Below, in pieces: positions 1 through 8,809 of a DNA stretch of 64,000 bases. The DNA is taken from IMG/VR virus record IMGVR_UViG_3300020434_000055. The stretch is one strand, 5' to 3'. Origin of the DNA: a virus (Duplodnaviria > Caudoviricetes). The position numbers were made by a program, and so were the translations under genes. Under the pieces are notes generated by a model. The model did no database searches, was not told the DNA's origin, and saw nothing but the letters and a program-made list of their open reading frames with translations. The number at the start of each line of letters is the position of its first letter. Position 1 is the stretch's first letter.

Positions 1-1605
1 ATAAGAGGAATCAATTCTAAAATAAGAGGTGGAGAAGTTCAACACACAGGAGTTATTCCTTTTCTTAAAAAGTTTGAAGCTACAGTTAGAAGTTGTACTC
101 AAAATGGAGTACGTGGAGGAAATGCAACTGTACACTTTCCTATATGGCACCAAGAAATTAAAGACATTATAGTTCTTAAAAATAATAAAGGAACAGAAGA
201 CAATAGAGCTAGAAAAATGGATTACTCAATTCAAATTTCTAAATTATTTTATGAAAGATTTATTAATGCAGGAGAAATTACATTATTCTCTCCACACGAA
301 GTACCAAGTTTAATGAAAGCCTGGGGCACACCTAAATTTGATGAACTTTATATAAAGTATGAAAAAGACAAATCAATTGATAGTAGAAAAATATCAGCAC
401 AAAATTTATTTTTTGACATATTAAAAGAAAGAGCAGAAACAGGACGTATCTATATTATGAATATAGACCATTGCAATACTCACTCTTCCTTTAAAGATAG
501 AATAACTATGTCAAACTTATGTCAAGAAATTACATTACCTACAAAACCTATTCAACATATTGATGATGAAAAAGGAGAAATTGCACTTTGTATTCTTTCA
601 GCAATTAATGTTGGAACAATAAGTGATGTATCTGAACTAGAACCAATATGTGAGTTAACTGTAAGAGCATTAGATGAAATAATAGACTATCAAGACTATC
701 CAGTTAAGGCGGCAGAAATAAGCACTAAAGCAAGACGTTCATTAGGTATTGGTTATATTGGATTAGCACACTACCTAGCAAAACAAGGTTACAAATATAG
801 TGAACAAGGTGCGTGGGATGCCGTTGATAGACTATCAGAAGCATTTCAATATTATCTATTAAAAGCTAGTAACATATTAGCTCAAGAAAAAGGAAAATGT
901 TCTAAGTTTGATAGAACAACATATGCAGATGGTCAATTACCAATAGACCATTATAAAAAAGATGTTGATAAAATTGTTCCACACAAACAAAGAATGGCGT
1001 GGGAGGCTTTAAGAAAAGATATTGCAAAACATGGATTGAGACATTCTACAGTAACAGCACAAATGCCAAGTGAAAGTTCTTCCGTAGTTAGTAATGAAAC
1101 TAATGGTATTGAACCACCTAGAGCTGTATTATCAATTAAAAAATCTAAAAAAGGTCCATTAAAACAAATTGTTCCTGGATATCCAAAATTAAAAAATGCA
1201 TATACTTTACTTTGGGATATGGAAAACAACGATGGATATATTAATATTGTTGCAGTAATGCAGAAATATTTTGATCAAGCTATTAGTGGCAACTGGAGTT
1301 ATAATCCATTACACTATGAAAACAATGAAGTACCTATATCTGCAATGGCTAAAGATATGCTTAATGCATACAAATTTGGTTGGAAAACATCTTACTACCA
1401 AAACACATATGACTTTAAAGGCGAAGAAGAAGATGTTCAACCATCTGGTATTGATACCAGTGAAATATATGATCATTTAAAAACCGCTCCAATAACTGGA
1501 GTAAATGGAGAGGCTAGTTTAAATGGAGAAGCGAAACCCCAAGCTGAAAAAATCTTACAATCCGAAACAAATTCTGAAGAAGACTGCGACGCTTGTACTA
1601 TATAA
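1..1605 (+). CDS. nrdA: Ribonucleotide reductase class Ia alpha subunit (5'-truncated by window edge)
   Basis: Frame is open from base 1 (IRGINSKIRGGEVQHTGVIPFLKKFEA...). Motifs SNLCQEI and TVTAQMPSESSS, plus C-terminal redox pair CDACTI. Confidence 0.97.
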   Translation: MRGINSKIRGGEVQHTGVIPFLKKFEATVRSCTQNGVRGGNATVHFPIWHQEIKDIIVLKNNKGTEDNRARKMDYSIQISKLFYERFINAGEITLFSPHEVPSLMKAWGTPKFDELYIKYEKDKSIDSRKISAQNLFFDILKERAETGRIYIMNIDHCNTHSSFKDRITMSNLCQEITLPTKPIQHIDDEKGEIALCILSAINVGTISDVSELEPICELTVRALDEIIDYQDYPVKAAEISTKARRSLGIGYIGLAHYLAKQGYKYSEQGAWDAVDRLSEAFQYYLLKASNILAQEKGKCSKFDRTTYADGQLPIDHYKKDVDKIVPHKQRMAWEALRKDIAKHGLRHSTVTAQMPSESSSVVSNETNGIEPPRAVLSIKKSKKGPLKQIVPGYPKLKNAYTLLWDMENNDGYINIVAVMQKYFDQAISGNWSYNPLHYENNEVPISAMAKDMLNAYKFGWKTSYYQNTYDFKGEEEDVQPSGIDTSEIYDHLKTAPITGVNGEASLNGEAKPQAEKILQSETNSEEDCDACTI

Positions 1606-1614
1606 TAATACAAT

Positions 1615-2715
1615 ATGAGCAAATCAGTATTCAATAAAAACGAAGTAAACTTTACAAAAGAACCTATGTTTTTTGGTGCGGACCAAAATGTACAAAGGTA
1701 TGATGTATTTAAATATCCACAATTTGATAAACTTAATCAAACAATGCTTGGATACTTTTGGAGACCTGAAGAAGTATCTTTACAAAAAGATAGATCAGAC
1801 TACGCAAATTTTAGACCTGAACAAAAACATATATTCACAGCAAATTTAAAATACCAAACATTACTAGATAGTATACAAGGTAGAGGACCTGCTTTAATGT
1901 TCATGCCTTATGTTTCACTTCCTGAATTAGAAGGATGCATTATTACTTGGGATTTCATGGAAGCACTTCATTCAAGAGCTTATTCTCATATTATGAAGAA
2001 CGTTTATCCTAATCCATCTGTTGTATTTGACACTATTTTAACTGATAAAGAAATACTAAAACGTGCTAAAACTGTTACTGAACATTATGATAATTTTGGA
2101 CGTGCGGCACAAGATTATTTTGTAAAAGGTAAAGGTGATCTTAAAGAAGTTAAAAAACAATTATATTTGGCAATGTTTAATGTTAATTTATTAGAAGGTG
2201 TTAGATTTTATGTTTCATTTGCTTGTACATTTGCTTTTGGTGAACTTAAACTTATGGAAGGTTCTGCCAAAATATTATCTTTAATTGCTAGAGATGAAGC
2301 TACGCATTTAAGCCTAACATCACATATAATTAAAAATTGGCAAAAAGGTGATGACCCTGAAATGAAAAAAATTATTAAAAGTTGTGATAAGCAAGTTATT
2401 CAAATGTTTAAAAATTGTGTAGAAGAAGAAAAGGCTTGGGCAAAGTATTTGTTTAATGCAGGTTCTATGATAGGATTAAATGAAAAACTTTTACACAGAT
2501 ACGTAGAATGGACAGGAAATAAAAGATTAAGAGCTTTGGGTTTTGATCCAATTTATGATATTCCACCATCTCAAGATCCATTACCTTGGACTAGACATTG
2601 GTTAAGTTCAAAAGAATTACAAGTTGCACCTCAAGAAACAGAAGTAGAATCTTACTTAATTGGTGGTATTAATCAAGATATAAAAGAAGGACAATTCGCT
2701 AAATTTAAATTATAA
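1615..2715 (+). CDS. nrdB: Ribonucleotide reductase class Ia beta subunit
   Basis: FWRPEEVSL, DSIQGRGP, EALHSRAYS, LEGVRFYVSFAC, RDEATH di-iron motifs; C-terminal APQETEVESY; adjacent to nrdA. Confidence 0.97.
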   Translation: MSKSVFNKNEVNFTKEPMFFGADQNVQRYDVFKYPQFDKLNQTMLGYFWRPEEVSLQKDRSDYANFRPEQKHIFTANLKYQTLLDSIQGRGPALMFMPYVSLPELEGCIITWDFMEALHSRAYSHIMKNVYPNPSVVFDTILTDKEILKRAKTVTEHYDNFGRAAQDYFVKGKGDLKEVKKQLYLAMFNVNLLEGVRFYVSFACTFAFGELKLMEGSAKILSLIARDEATHLSLTSHIIKNWQKGDDPEMKKIIKSCDKQVIQMFKNCVEEEKAWAKYLFNAGSMIGLNEKLLHRYVEWTGNKRLRALGFDPIYDIPPSQDPLPWTRHWLSSKELQVAPQETEVESYLIGGINQDIKEGQFAKFKL

Positions 2716-2909
2716 TGAAAAATTTTGAAAACATGGACGGCATGGAAGTACTTTGGTATCTTTTAACTAATTGGGAAGAAGGTAGAGGACTTTGGATGAT
2801 TATTGGATTCGGCTTGACAATCTTCGCAATCAGTCTTATAATAGATTATATGGACAAAAAGAACAATACAAAAAGCGATTGGCGAATCAAGTACGATGGC
2901 GAAATATAA
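2715..2909 (+). CDS. Small membrane protein
   Basis: One hydrophobic segment; translationally coupled to nrdB (TAATG). Confidence 0.6.
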   Translation: MKNFENMDGMEVLWYLLTNWEEGRGLWMIIGFGLTIFAISLIIDYMDKKNNTKSDWRIKYDGEI

Positions 2910-3312
2910 TTTACTATGTTCTCATGATCATCCTTTCGAAGGTTGGTTTGATTCCGAAAAAGCATATCTAGATCAAAAAAAGAGCAGATTATTAATTTGT
3001 CCAATGTGTGACGATCCTATAATACGGAGAGCAGTTATGTCTCCTAACCTAAAATCTAAAACAACTAAAAGAACAGTTAAAGAAAAAAGTAACAAAGTCT
3101 TTTTTAATAGTAGACAGGCTTTAAAAAATTTAAATAATTGGGTGTCACATAATTGTGAAAACGTAGGTACTAAATTTGCTAAAGAAGCCAGAAAAGCTCA
3201 CAAGGGAGAGAGAGACGATCACATATATGGTACAGCTACCGATAAGGAAATTGACAAACTTTATAAAGATGGCATACCTGCAATAAAAATTCCAAAGGTA
3301 AAGGATAATTAA
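2896..3312 (+). CDS. DUF1178 family protein (zinc-ribbon; alphaproteobacterial)
   Basis: KYNLLCSHDHPFEGWF...CPMCDD...RAVMSPNL and ENVGTKFAKEARKAH...IYGTAT match the DUF1178 pattern. Confidence 0.8.
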   Translation: MAKYNLLCSHDHPFEGWFDSEKAYLDQKKSRLLICPMCDDPIIRRAVMSPNLKSKTTKRTVKEKSNKVFFNSRQALKNLNNWVSHNCENVGTKFAKEARKAHKGERDDHIYGTATDKEIDKLYKDGIPAIKIPKVKDN

Positions 3313-3564
3313 ATGTCAAATATAGTATGGTCTAAAATGCAATGTCATTTTTGTGATATGGCTAAAAGACTTTTAGAACAAAAAGAAATTGTATATGAAG
3401 AAAGAATGATTGGTGAAGGCTGGACTACAGAGCAATTATTAGAAGCAGTTCCTAATGTCCGAACTGTTCCTCAAATTATCTTAGACGGAAAATTAATAGG
3501 AAGTTATGACAATTTAGTAGAACATTTTAAAAAAATAGACAAAGAAAAATATGCCAGAGATTAA
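3313..3564 (+). CDS. Glutaredoxin
   Basis: CHFC active site, RTVPQI cis-Pro motif, IGSYDNL; close to nrdAB. Confidence 0.92.
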   Translation: MSNIVWSKMQCHFCDMAKRLLEQKEIVYEERMIGEGWTTEQLLEAVPNVRTVPQIILDGKLIGSYDNLVEHFKKIDKEKYARD

Positions 3565-3832
3565 TCCAAACGATACTGTATCTATAAAACTACCATCAGG
3601 TGAAGAAGTTGTTGGAAGACTAATAGAAATTACAGATAAAGAAATAATATTAATGCGTCCTATGATGTTAATACAAATGTCAAAAGGAATAGGCTTAGGA
3701 CCTTTTATGTTTTCAGCACCACAACATCAAGAATACAGATTTAATAAAGCATCTGTTGTATCTTACACAAAAACGGAAGTGCATATGGCTAAAAAATATG
3801 CAGAAGGAAGTACCGGTCTTAAATTAACATAA
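3551..3832 (+). CDS. Conserved phage protein, Sm/SH3-like fold
   Basis: VSIKLPSGEEVVGRL N-terminus typical of T4-like small beta-barrel proteins. Confidence 0.55.
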   Translation: MPEINPNDTVSIKLPSGEEVVGRLIEITDKEIILMRPMMLIQMSKGIGLGPFMFSAPQHQEYRFNKASVVSYTKTEVHMAKKYAEGSTGLKLT

Positions 3833-4440
3833 TGAATAAAATAATAGCAACAGACTGTGACGGAGTTTTACTTCTCTGGGAAAAAGGTTTTGATGCCTGG
3901 ATGAAAGCAAATGACTTTAAAAAATGGGATAGTGGTCACTATAATATAGATATGAATTATCATCTACCACAAGGTTCTTCTTTACCTTTAATAAAAGTAT
4001 TTAATGAAAGTGCTTGGATGAGAGATTTAGAACCTGTTGAAGGTAGTGTTGAAATAGTAAAAAAATTATCAGAACAAGGATATAAATTTGATGTAATAAC
4101 ATCTCAAACTTTAGATACAAAAGCACAACAATTAAGACGAGAAAACTTAATAAATGTTTTTGGAGATGTGTTTAATGAAATTACATTTTTGGATATGGGA
4201 GCAGGAAAACGAGAAGTCCTGGATCAAAGAATGAAGCAAAAACAGTACAAGCCAGGAACATTTTGGATAGAAGATAAACCAAATAATGCCGAAGATGGGG
4301 CATCTTTGGATTTGAAGTCACTTCTGTTTGACTTACCACACAACAGATGGTATAATAGTAAAGTAACTCCGGTCCAACGAGTTAGTGGTTGGAGCGAGAT
4401 TTATAACGTTATAATTAAGGAGAATAAAAATCATGAGTGA
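3832..4440 (+). CDS. HAD-family 5'(3')-deoxyribonucleotidase-like protein
   Basis: HAD motif I ATDCDGVLL and motif IV WIEDKPNN. Confidence 0.8.
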   Translation: MNKIIATDCDGVLLLWEKGFDAWMKANDFKKWDSGHYNIDMNYHLPQGSSLPLIKVFNESAWMRDLEPVEGSVEIVKKLSEQGYKFDVITSQTLDTKAQQLRRENLINVFGDVFNEITFLDMGAGKREVLDQRMKQKQYKPGTFWIEDKPNNAEDGASLDLKSLLFDLPHNRWYNSKVTPVQRVSGWSEIYNVIIKENKNHE

Positions 4441-4612
4441 AACACACCAACAAATTACTCAAGCCGTTGAAGCTTACGTTAAAGAAAACGAAGCCTTCGA
4501 AACTAAAGGAATTAAAGCCGCGGCGGCTAGAGCCAGAAAGGCCCTGGGAAATTTGGGGAAACTTTCTAAAGCTCGTAGAAAAGAAATACAAGAAAAGAAA
4601 AATTCTATGTAA
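4433..4612 (+). CDS. Histone H1-like (Hc1-family) small basic DNA-binding protein; not in the ORF track
   Basis: AAGGAG SD upstream. Translates to MSETHQQITQAVEAYVKENEAFETKGIKAAAARARKALGNLGKLSKARRKEIQEKKNSM*; the G-x-KAAA-x-RARKA core is typical of the Hc1-like family. Confidence 0.8.
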   Translation: MSETHQQITQAVEAYVKENEAFETKGIKAAAARARKALGNLGKLSKARRKEIQEKKNSM

Positions 4613-4618
4613 TTCATC

Positions 4619-4665
4619 GTTGGCGCGGATCTAATCGATTATCCGTGCCAACAACACCCTTTTTC
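4619..4665 (+). terminator. Probable intrinsic terminator
   Basis: GTTGGCGCGGAT-loop-ATCCGTGCCAAC stem just after the Hc1-like stop; short T-run follows. Confidence 0.6.
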
Positions 4666-4735
4666 AGGAATCCACATAAATAATTCAAGTTACTAATAAT
4701 TAATATAGTAAATATAATAGAAGACAGAATAAAGT

Positions 4736-4948
4736 ATGGCAACAGGCAAAATCAAATGGTTTAATTCCGCTAAAGGTTTCGGATTCATCACACCAGATCA
4801 AGAAGGCAAAGACGTGTTTTTACACGTTTCTGCTTTAAAAGCCTCTAATTTAAGTGACGTTCATGACGGCGACTTAATGGAGTATGAGCTGGTAGAATTC
4901 CGAGGACGACAAGTAGCTGGAAATCTTAAACGCATTGTAGTAGAATAA
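4736..4948 (+). CDS. cspA: Cold-shock protein (CSD RNA chaperone)
   Basis: MATGKIKWFNSAKGFGFI (RNP1) and DVFLHVSAL (RNP2). Confidence 0.95.
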   Translation: MATGKIKWFNSAKGFGFITPDQEGKDVFLHVSALKASNLSDVHDGDLMEYELVEFRGRQVAGNLKRIVVE

Positions 4949-4993
4949 TCATCCCAACATAAAACAGCATATCAAACTGTACCATCGATGTCT

Positions 4994-5022
4994 TTGACAT
5001 ATCAATAAAAAGATGTTATAAA
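4994..5022 (+). promoter_or_regulatory. Sigma70-type promoter of tmRNA gene
   Basis: TTGACA(4994)-17 bp-TATAAA(5017) with TG extended -10. Confidence 0.85.
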
Positions 5023-5028
5023 TATTAC

Positions 5029-5360
5029 TGTAGACGTTGAAGTTTGGGTAATAAATTTCAGGGACGTCGGGGCAGTACCGACCACCTCCACCAAATTCTT
5101 CCGCGTGAAACATTTTAAGGTTTAAGTGTTTAACGGGGGTGAACTAGGATCGACCGGAATGTAAAGACAAATGGAGTCTATCTAGTAGGCACGAAGTAAC
5201 GTCCAATTTATAAATGCATTAGCATTTAAACCTGAAGTGACAGTTCCAGTTAGCATTTTTGCTGACAGAGAACTGGTTGCAGTTTAATACTGCCATTTCG
5301 GAGAAAGGTTAATCTCGGCAACAGAACATAGACCAGCATAGGGGCTTCGGCCCCTATGTT
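5029..5360 (+). ncRNA. ssrA: Circularly permuted (two-piece, alphaproteobacterial-type) tmRNA
   Basis: Acceptor piece ends with T-arm GTCGG-GGCAGTA-CCGAC plus CACCTCC-A-CCA(5093). Intervening segment 5094-5134. Coding piece starts GGGGGTGAACTAGGATCGAC(5135). The 7-bp acceptor stem has a G3.U70 Ala determinant. Resume context ATAAAT-GCA at 5216, tag ORF ends TAA 5287. Outer ends are approximate. Confidence 0.93.
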
Positions 5361-5362
5361 TA
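5336..5362 (+). terminator. Intrinsic terminator after tmRNA
   Basis: GCATAGGGGC-TTCG-GCCCCTATGT-TTATT, a C(UUCG)G tetraloop hairpin. Confidence 0.9.
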
Positions 5363-5427
5363 TTAAACATTCTTATAACTTCTCTTAACATTTAATTTCC
5401 GCTTTAACTTCTCTAAATAATATTCTT

Positions 5428-5688
5428 ATGTTGTATAGTAGAAGAAGAAAAAAGTTAATGAGCAAATTAAAAAAAAATGCTCCAAAAGTTCCAGATCTTA
5501 CTTGCCCAAGTATAGATAGTGCTATCGAACGACTTAAGAAAATATATGAAAAAAATAAACCAATTTCTGATTACCAATGGAAACTTATAGATAAAAGATT
5601 AGAAGTTCTTAGAGAACAAAATGAACTTCTTCGTGAAAGTGGCAAATATTGGTACGAATCCTGCAAAGAACACCTCAAAAAGTCATAA
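5428..5688 (+). CDS. Hypothetical phage protein (coiled coil)
   Basis: Open frame with VPDLTCPSID...LEVLREQNELLRESGKYWY; start codon uncertain. Confidence 0.6.
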   Translation: MLYSRRRKKLMSKLKKNAPKVPDLTCPSIDSAIERLKKIYEKNKPISDYQWKLIDKRLEVLREQNELLRESGKYWYESCKEHLKKS

Positions 5689-5763
5689 AAATCAACACTT
5701 TTTAACTATTGATTTATGTTTCAAAATCTGCTATTATAGTAGTATATAAATATAGTTAATATA

Positions 5764-6516
5764 ATGAAGAAACAAACCCGAGAACAACGGAAGACATCTG
5801 CATCTAAAAGAATAGTTCTTAAAAACCTAAAAAGATGGGCCAATTATTCCATCGCAGTAATAATATTAATAGCAATTTCTTTTTCATATGGAACATTCTT
5901 TCCTAACAAAGTTGTTTCAAACAAACTTTCGTCAACAATGTTTGAAAGCATAAAAAAACATTTTGCTAAAATCAATATTAAACTAGACAAAATAACTATG
6001 CAAAATAAAAAAGATATGGAAGTATCTTTATATTTGGATATTCACCAACCAGAATTTATATATAATGATGCTGATAGCTTCGTTGATGCAGTACGTCAAT
6101 GTGTAGATTATCTTAATTATACAACAGAACTTGAAAAAAGAATTCCTTCATCTATTATAATAGCAATGGCTGGAGTTGAATCAGGTTGGGGAACTTCTAG
6201 ATTTGCAATAGAAGGTAATGCATTATTTGGAGTACGAACTTGGGATCCAAACACACCACAAATGAAACCAAAAAATTTAGACAATATAGATTGGGGTGTT
6301 AAAAAATACAAGCATCAATGCGAAAGTATTCGTGATATGATAGAAATTATTAATAGACATCCTGCTTATAAAGCCTTTAGAGATGAAAGGGCAAAACAAT
6401 TAAAAAATGGTAAATGGGATTACAAAAAATTAATAGCAGGATTAAATGCATGGAGTGAAAATAAAGATTACGACCATCTAATATATAGTACTATATTAGA
6501 TAGAAACCTTCCATAG
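5764..6516 (+). CDS. Membrane-anchored GH73/Bax-like glucosaminidase (peptidoglycan hydrolase)
   Basis: N-terminal TM helix; IIIAMAGVESGWGTSRFAIEGNALFGVRTW catalytic motif. Confidence 0.85.
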   Translation: MKKQTREQRKTSASKRIVLKNLKRWANYSIAVIILIAISFSYGTFFPNKVVSNKLSSTMFESIKKHFAKINIKLDKITMQNKKDMEVSLYLDIHQPEFIYNDADSFVDAVRQCVDYLNYTTELEKRIPSSIIIAMAGVESGWGTSRFAIEGNALFGVRTWDPNTPQMKPKNLDNIDWGVKKYKHQCESIRDMIEIINRHPAYKAFRDERAKQLKNGKWDYKKLIAGLNAWSENKDYDHLIYSTILDRNLP

Positions 6517-6521
6517 TTATT

Positions 6522-6881
6522 ATGAACTTTATAGAAATAATATTTCCTAAAAGGAAAAAACGTAAATTACCTAATACAGCAAAATTAAGAAAAATCCGTG
6601 CTGAACATCAAGCCTGGCTTAAAAACCTTGGACTAGATGCCAAAAGTTTAAAAAAGCGATGGAAAAATATAGCTAACGAGAGTTGGTTCCCTAATTATAC
6701 AACCGATAATAACTATCCACCAACATCAGACAAAATCCCAGTAGGTACTTCACTTAAAAAAGAACGCATGGAATATTCAGGCGAAAGAAAACTACTTGGT
6801 ATAGCAACAATGCACAAATCTAATATGGTACCAGTCTTTGATAAAGAAGACGCCAAAGATATTGCAAAGATGCGAAGATGA
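6522..6881 (+). CDS. Conserved hypothetical phage protein
   Basis: C-terminal LLGIATMHKSNMVPVF...AKDIAKMRR motif, recalled from marine myoviruses. Confidence 0.65.
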   Translation: MNFIEIIFPKRKKRKLPNTAKLRKIRAEHQAWLKNLGLDAKSLKKRWKNIANESWFPNYTTDNNYPPTSDKIPVGTSLKKERMEYSGERKLLGIATMHKSNMVPVFDKEDAKDIAKMRR

Positions 6882-7162
6882 CATTAGAAAAAAGAAACAT
6901 TAAGCAATTAGCAAAAGAAATGAAAAAACAATTCGATGCTCATGAGGATTGTGTTCTAGATTACGACTTACCAAATAAAGAAGGTTATGAACTTGTAATT
7001 TCAAGAAGTAGTGAGGGAGAAGATGGCTCATACATTACTACAGTAGATCTCCATAAGTATGAAAGCGATGATTATGAAATGCAGTCGACTTACGGGTCGT
7101 CAGATTTAAATGACTTCGAATGGATTGTACAAGAAGTTATAGATAATGGAGGAAATATATAA
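6878..7162 (+). CDS. Hypothetical acidic protein
   Basis: Coupled ATGA overlap with upstream gene. Confidence 0.6.
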   Translation: MTLEKRNIKQLAKEMKKQFDAHEDCVLDYDLPNKEGYELVISRSSEGEDGSYITTVDLHKYESDDYEMQSTYGSSDLNDFEWIVQEVIDNGGNI

Positions 7163-7287
7163 TGACATTAGGCGACGGTATATTATTAGGACTTATAGGC
7201 TGTACATTAACAGTCGTTGGTTTAGGTTACGCATATTATAAAGGTTCTCAAAAGAAAGAAGACGACGAAGAAAACGACCTTTTCTAG
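7162..7287 (+). CDS. Small single-pass membrane protein; not in the ORF track
   Basis: MTLGDGILLGLIGCTLTVVGLGYAYYKGSQKKEDDEENDLF*, GGAGG SD, TAATG coupling. Confidence 0.65.
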   Translation: MTLGDGILLGLIGCTLTVVGLGYAYYKGSQKKEDDEENDLF

Positions 7288-7362
7288 GTTGTATTTTAAC
7301 ATTTTGGTAAACTACTACCAAAAAAGCCTTCAAAACCAAGACTTCTTAATCGAACAAATACC

Positions 7363-7391
7363 TTGACTTTTTGGTAGCAATTCTATATAAT
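7363..7391 (+). promoter_or_regulatory. Sigma70-type early promoter
   Basis: TTGACT-17 bp-TATAAT. Confidence 0.8.
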
Positions 7392-7398
7392 ATAGATA

Positions 7399-8013
7399 AT
7401 GAATACTTTTAATCAAGGAGGCAAAATGAAAGGCTCATTTAAATTAGTAACTGTTTTATTTGCAATGGTATTCCTTTTGAATGCTTGTGCAAACAGAATG
7501 GTAAAACTGCCTACAGAAAATCCAAAACACAAGACTGTTCCTGCATGGTACTTAAATCATGAAGATAGCGGTAAAGAAGGCATAATTTTCAGAGATGGAT
7601 ATTTTTATGCTGTTGCTGTTGCGGTTTCTCCAGATATGGAGATGTCTATTAAAAAGGCAGTACTTAAAGCAAAATCTAAAATTGCTGATAGAATCAACGG
7701 GGAGATGAATAATAAGACAACTATCATCTATAACGAAAGTGGTTCTGCTGAAGCAGTTGTAGGTATTGAACAATCAGAGGATGTAATAGTTAATTTCATT
7801 TCTAAGACAGTTCTTAGAACATATAAAGTAGAGAAGAAATTGACATTATTTAACACTGATAAAAATAACTATAGATCATTTGTTTTGATGAAGATATCTA
7901 AGAAAGAAGTAGACGAAATTATTGCATTAATTGAAAGCAAAAAGATGGTTAAATTAAGCAATAAAATTGATAATATTTCTGACAAGATATTAGACCAAGC
8001 GAATAAACAATAA
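7399..8013 (+). CDS. Lipoprotein (LPP20-like)
   Basis: Lipobox FLLNAC; PAWY motif and AVAVSPDMEMSIKKAVLKAK resemble LPP20-type lipoproteins. The true start is likely the MKGSF ATG after GGAGG. Confidence 0.65.
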   Translation: MNTFNQGGKMKGSFKLVTVLFAMVFLLNACANRMVKLPTENPKHKTVPAWYLNHEDSGKEGIIFRDGYFYAVAVAVSPDMEMSIKKAVLKAKSKIADRINGEMNNKTTIIYNESGSAEAVVGIEQSEDVIVNFISKTVLRTYKVEKKLTLFNTDKNNYRSFVLMKISKKEVDEIIALIESKKMVKLSNKIDNISDKILDQANKQ

Positions 8014-8019
8014 GGACTT

Positions 8020-8349
8020 ATGAAAAAGTTATTTTTTCTATTGTGTGCCACGACTCTATTATTGGTTGCTAGAGCAGAAGCAGGCGGAGTTTGGAGTGAT
8101 CAGTATTGTAATATTGAAACACAAACTATAATAACCAAAGACACTAATGGTAAAATTATTAGTGAAGAATCAATAGAAAAATTAGTATGTAATGACGGAG
8201 CAAAAGATTTCCTTGCTTATAGCGGTATAGCAAAAGAATGCAGGGAATTTTGGTTCGAAATTTTATTAAGCAACAGATTTGTAAAAAGGAAAGGTTATGT
8301 TTGCCAAAAATTTGACGGTAGTTGGGAAATTGTGTATAATCCTAAGTAG
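8020..8349 (+). CDS. Secreted Cys-containing hypothetical protein
   Basis: Signal peptide (ARAEA) followed by four Cys. Confidence 0.6.
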   Translation: MKKLFFLLCATTLLLVARAEAGGVWSDQYCNIETQTIITKDTNGKIISEESIEKLVCNDGAKDFLAYSGIAKECREFWFEILLSNRFVKRKGYVCQKFDGSWEIVYNPK

Positions 8350-8752
8350 CTTATTGTTGTTCGCTTGTAGTTCAACAAAACAAAGTTCACTTAATAGCGA
8401 AAGCACTTTTAAGAGTGTAGAAAGTGACTTTGAACAAACTGGACACGCAGTTAACTTAATATATAATTCAATAAAATCTAAACACTTTAGTTTAACCAAA
8501 CAGGATCAAATCAAACAAATGCAGGCGGTATTCTTCGCATTAGATAATGCAGAAGAAGGTCAAGTTGTTAGTTGGGTTAATGGTAAGAACGATACATTTG
8601 GTTTGGTTAAAGTAGTTTCAAGTTATCCACACGGTAGTGGGTATTGCCGTGTAATATTCACACAAATCTCTAAAAAAGGTAAGGTTAGAGACTTCTCAGA
8701 AACAGCCTGTAAAGACGTTGCTTATGAAGGCTGGCAATTCATTAGAAATTAA
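8297..8752 (+). CDS. RT0821/Lpp0805-family surface-antigen lipoprotein
   Basis: Lipobox LLFAC; ALDNAEEGQVVSWVN...GYCRVIFTQI...ETACK...WQF matches the 17-kDa surface-antigen C-terminal domain. Confidence 0.75.
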   Translation: MFAKNLTVVGKLCIILSSLLLFACSSTKQSSLNSESTFKSVESDFEQTGHAVNLIYNSIKSKHFSLTKQDQIKQMQAVFFALDNAEEGQVVSWVNGKNDTFGLVKVVSSYPHGSGYCRVIFTQISKKGKVRDFSETACKDVAYEGWQFIRN

Positions 8753-8809
8753 CATTCGGGTTAATCAGATAGTTTTATTAACGATAAGTATTAGTTTAAA
8801 TAATACTAT

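Noticed and set aside
1271-1480. Overlapping plus-strand ORF inside nrdA
   Set aside because: Fully nested in a conserved gene, no SD, no motif.
1-2715. Introns, inteins or homing endonucleases in nrdA/nrdB
   Set aside because: Both frames are continuous with normal-looking length and no intein or endonuclease motifs in the visible part.
4437-4634. ORF-track 65-aa ORF MKHTNKLL...
   Set aside because: Out-of-frame shadow of the SD-led Hc1-like ORF at 4433-4612, and it runs into the terminator stem.
5061-5093. Apparent tRNA 3' half ending in CCA
   Set aside because: No D-arm or anticodon arm upstream; it pairs with GGGGGTG at 5135, so it is the acceptor piece of the permuted tmRNA.
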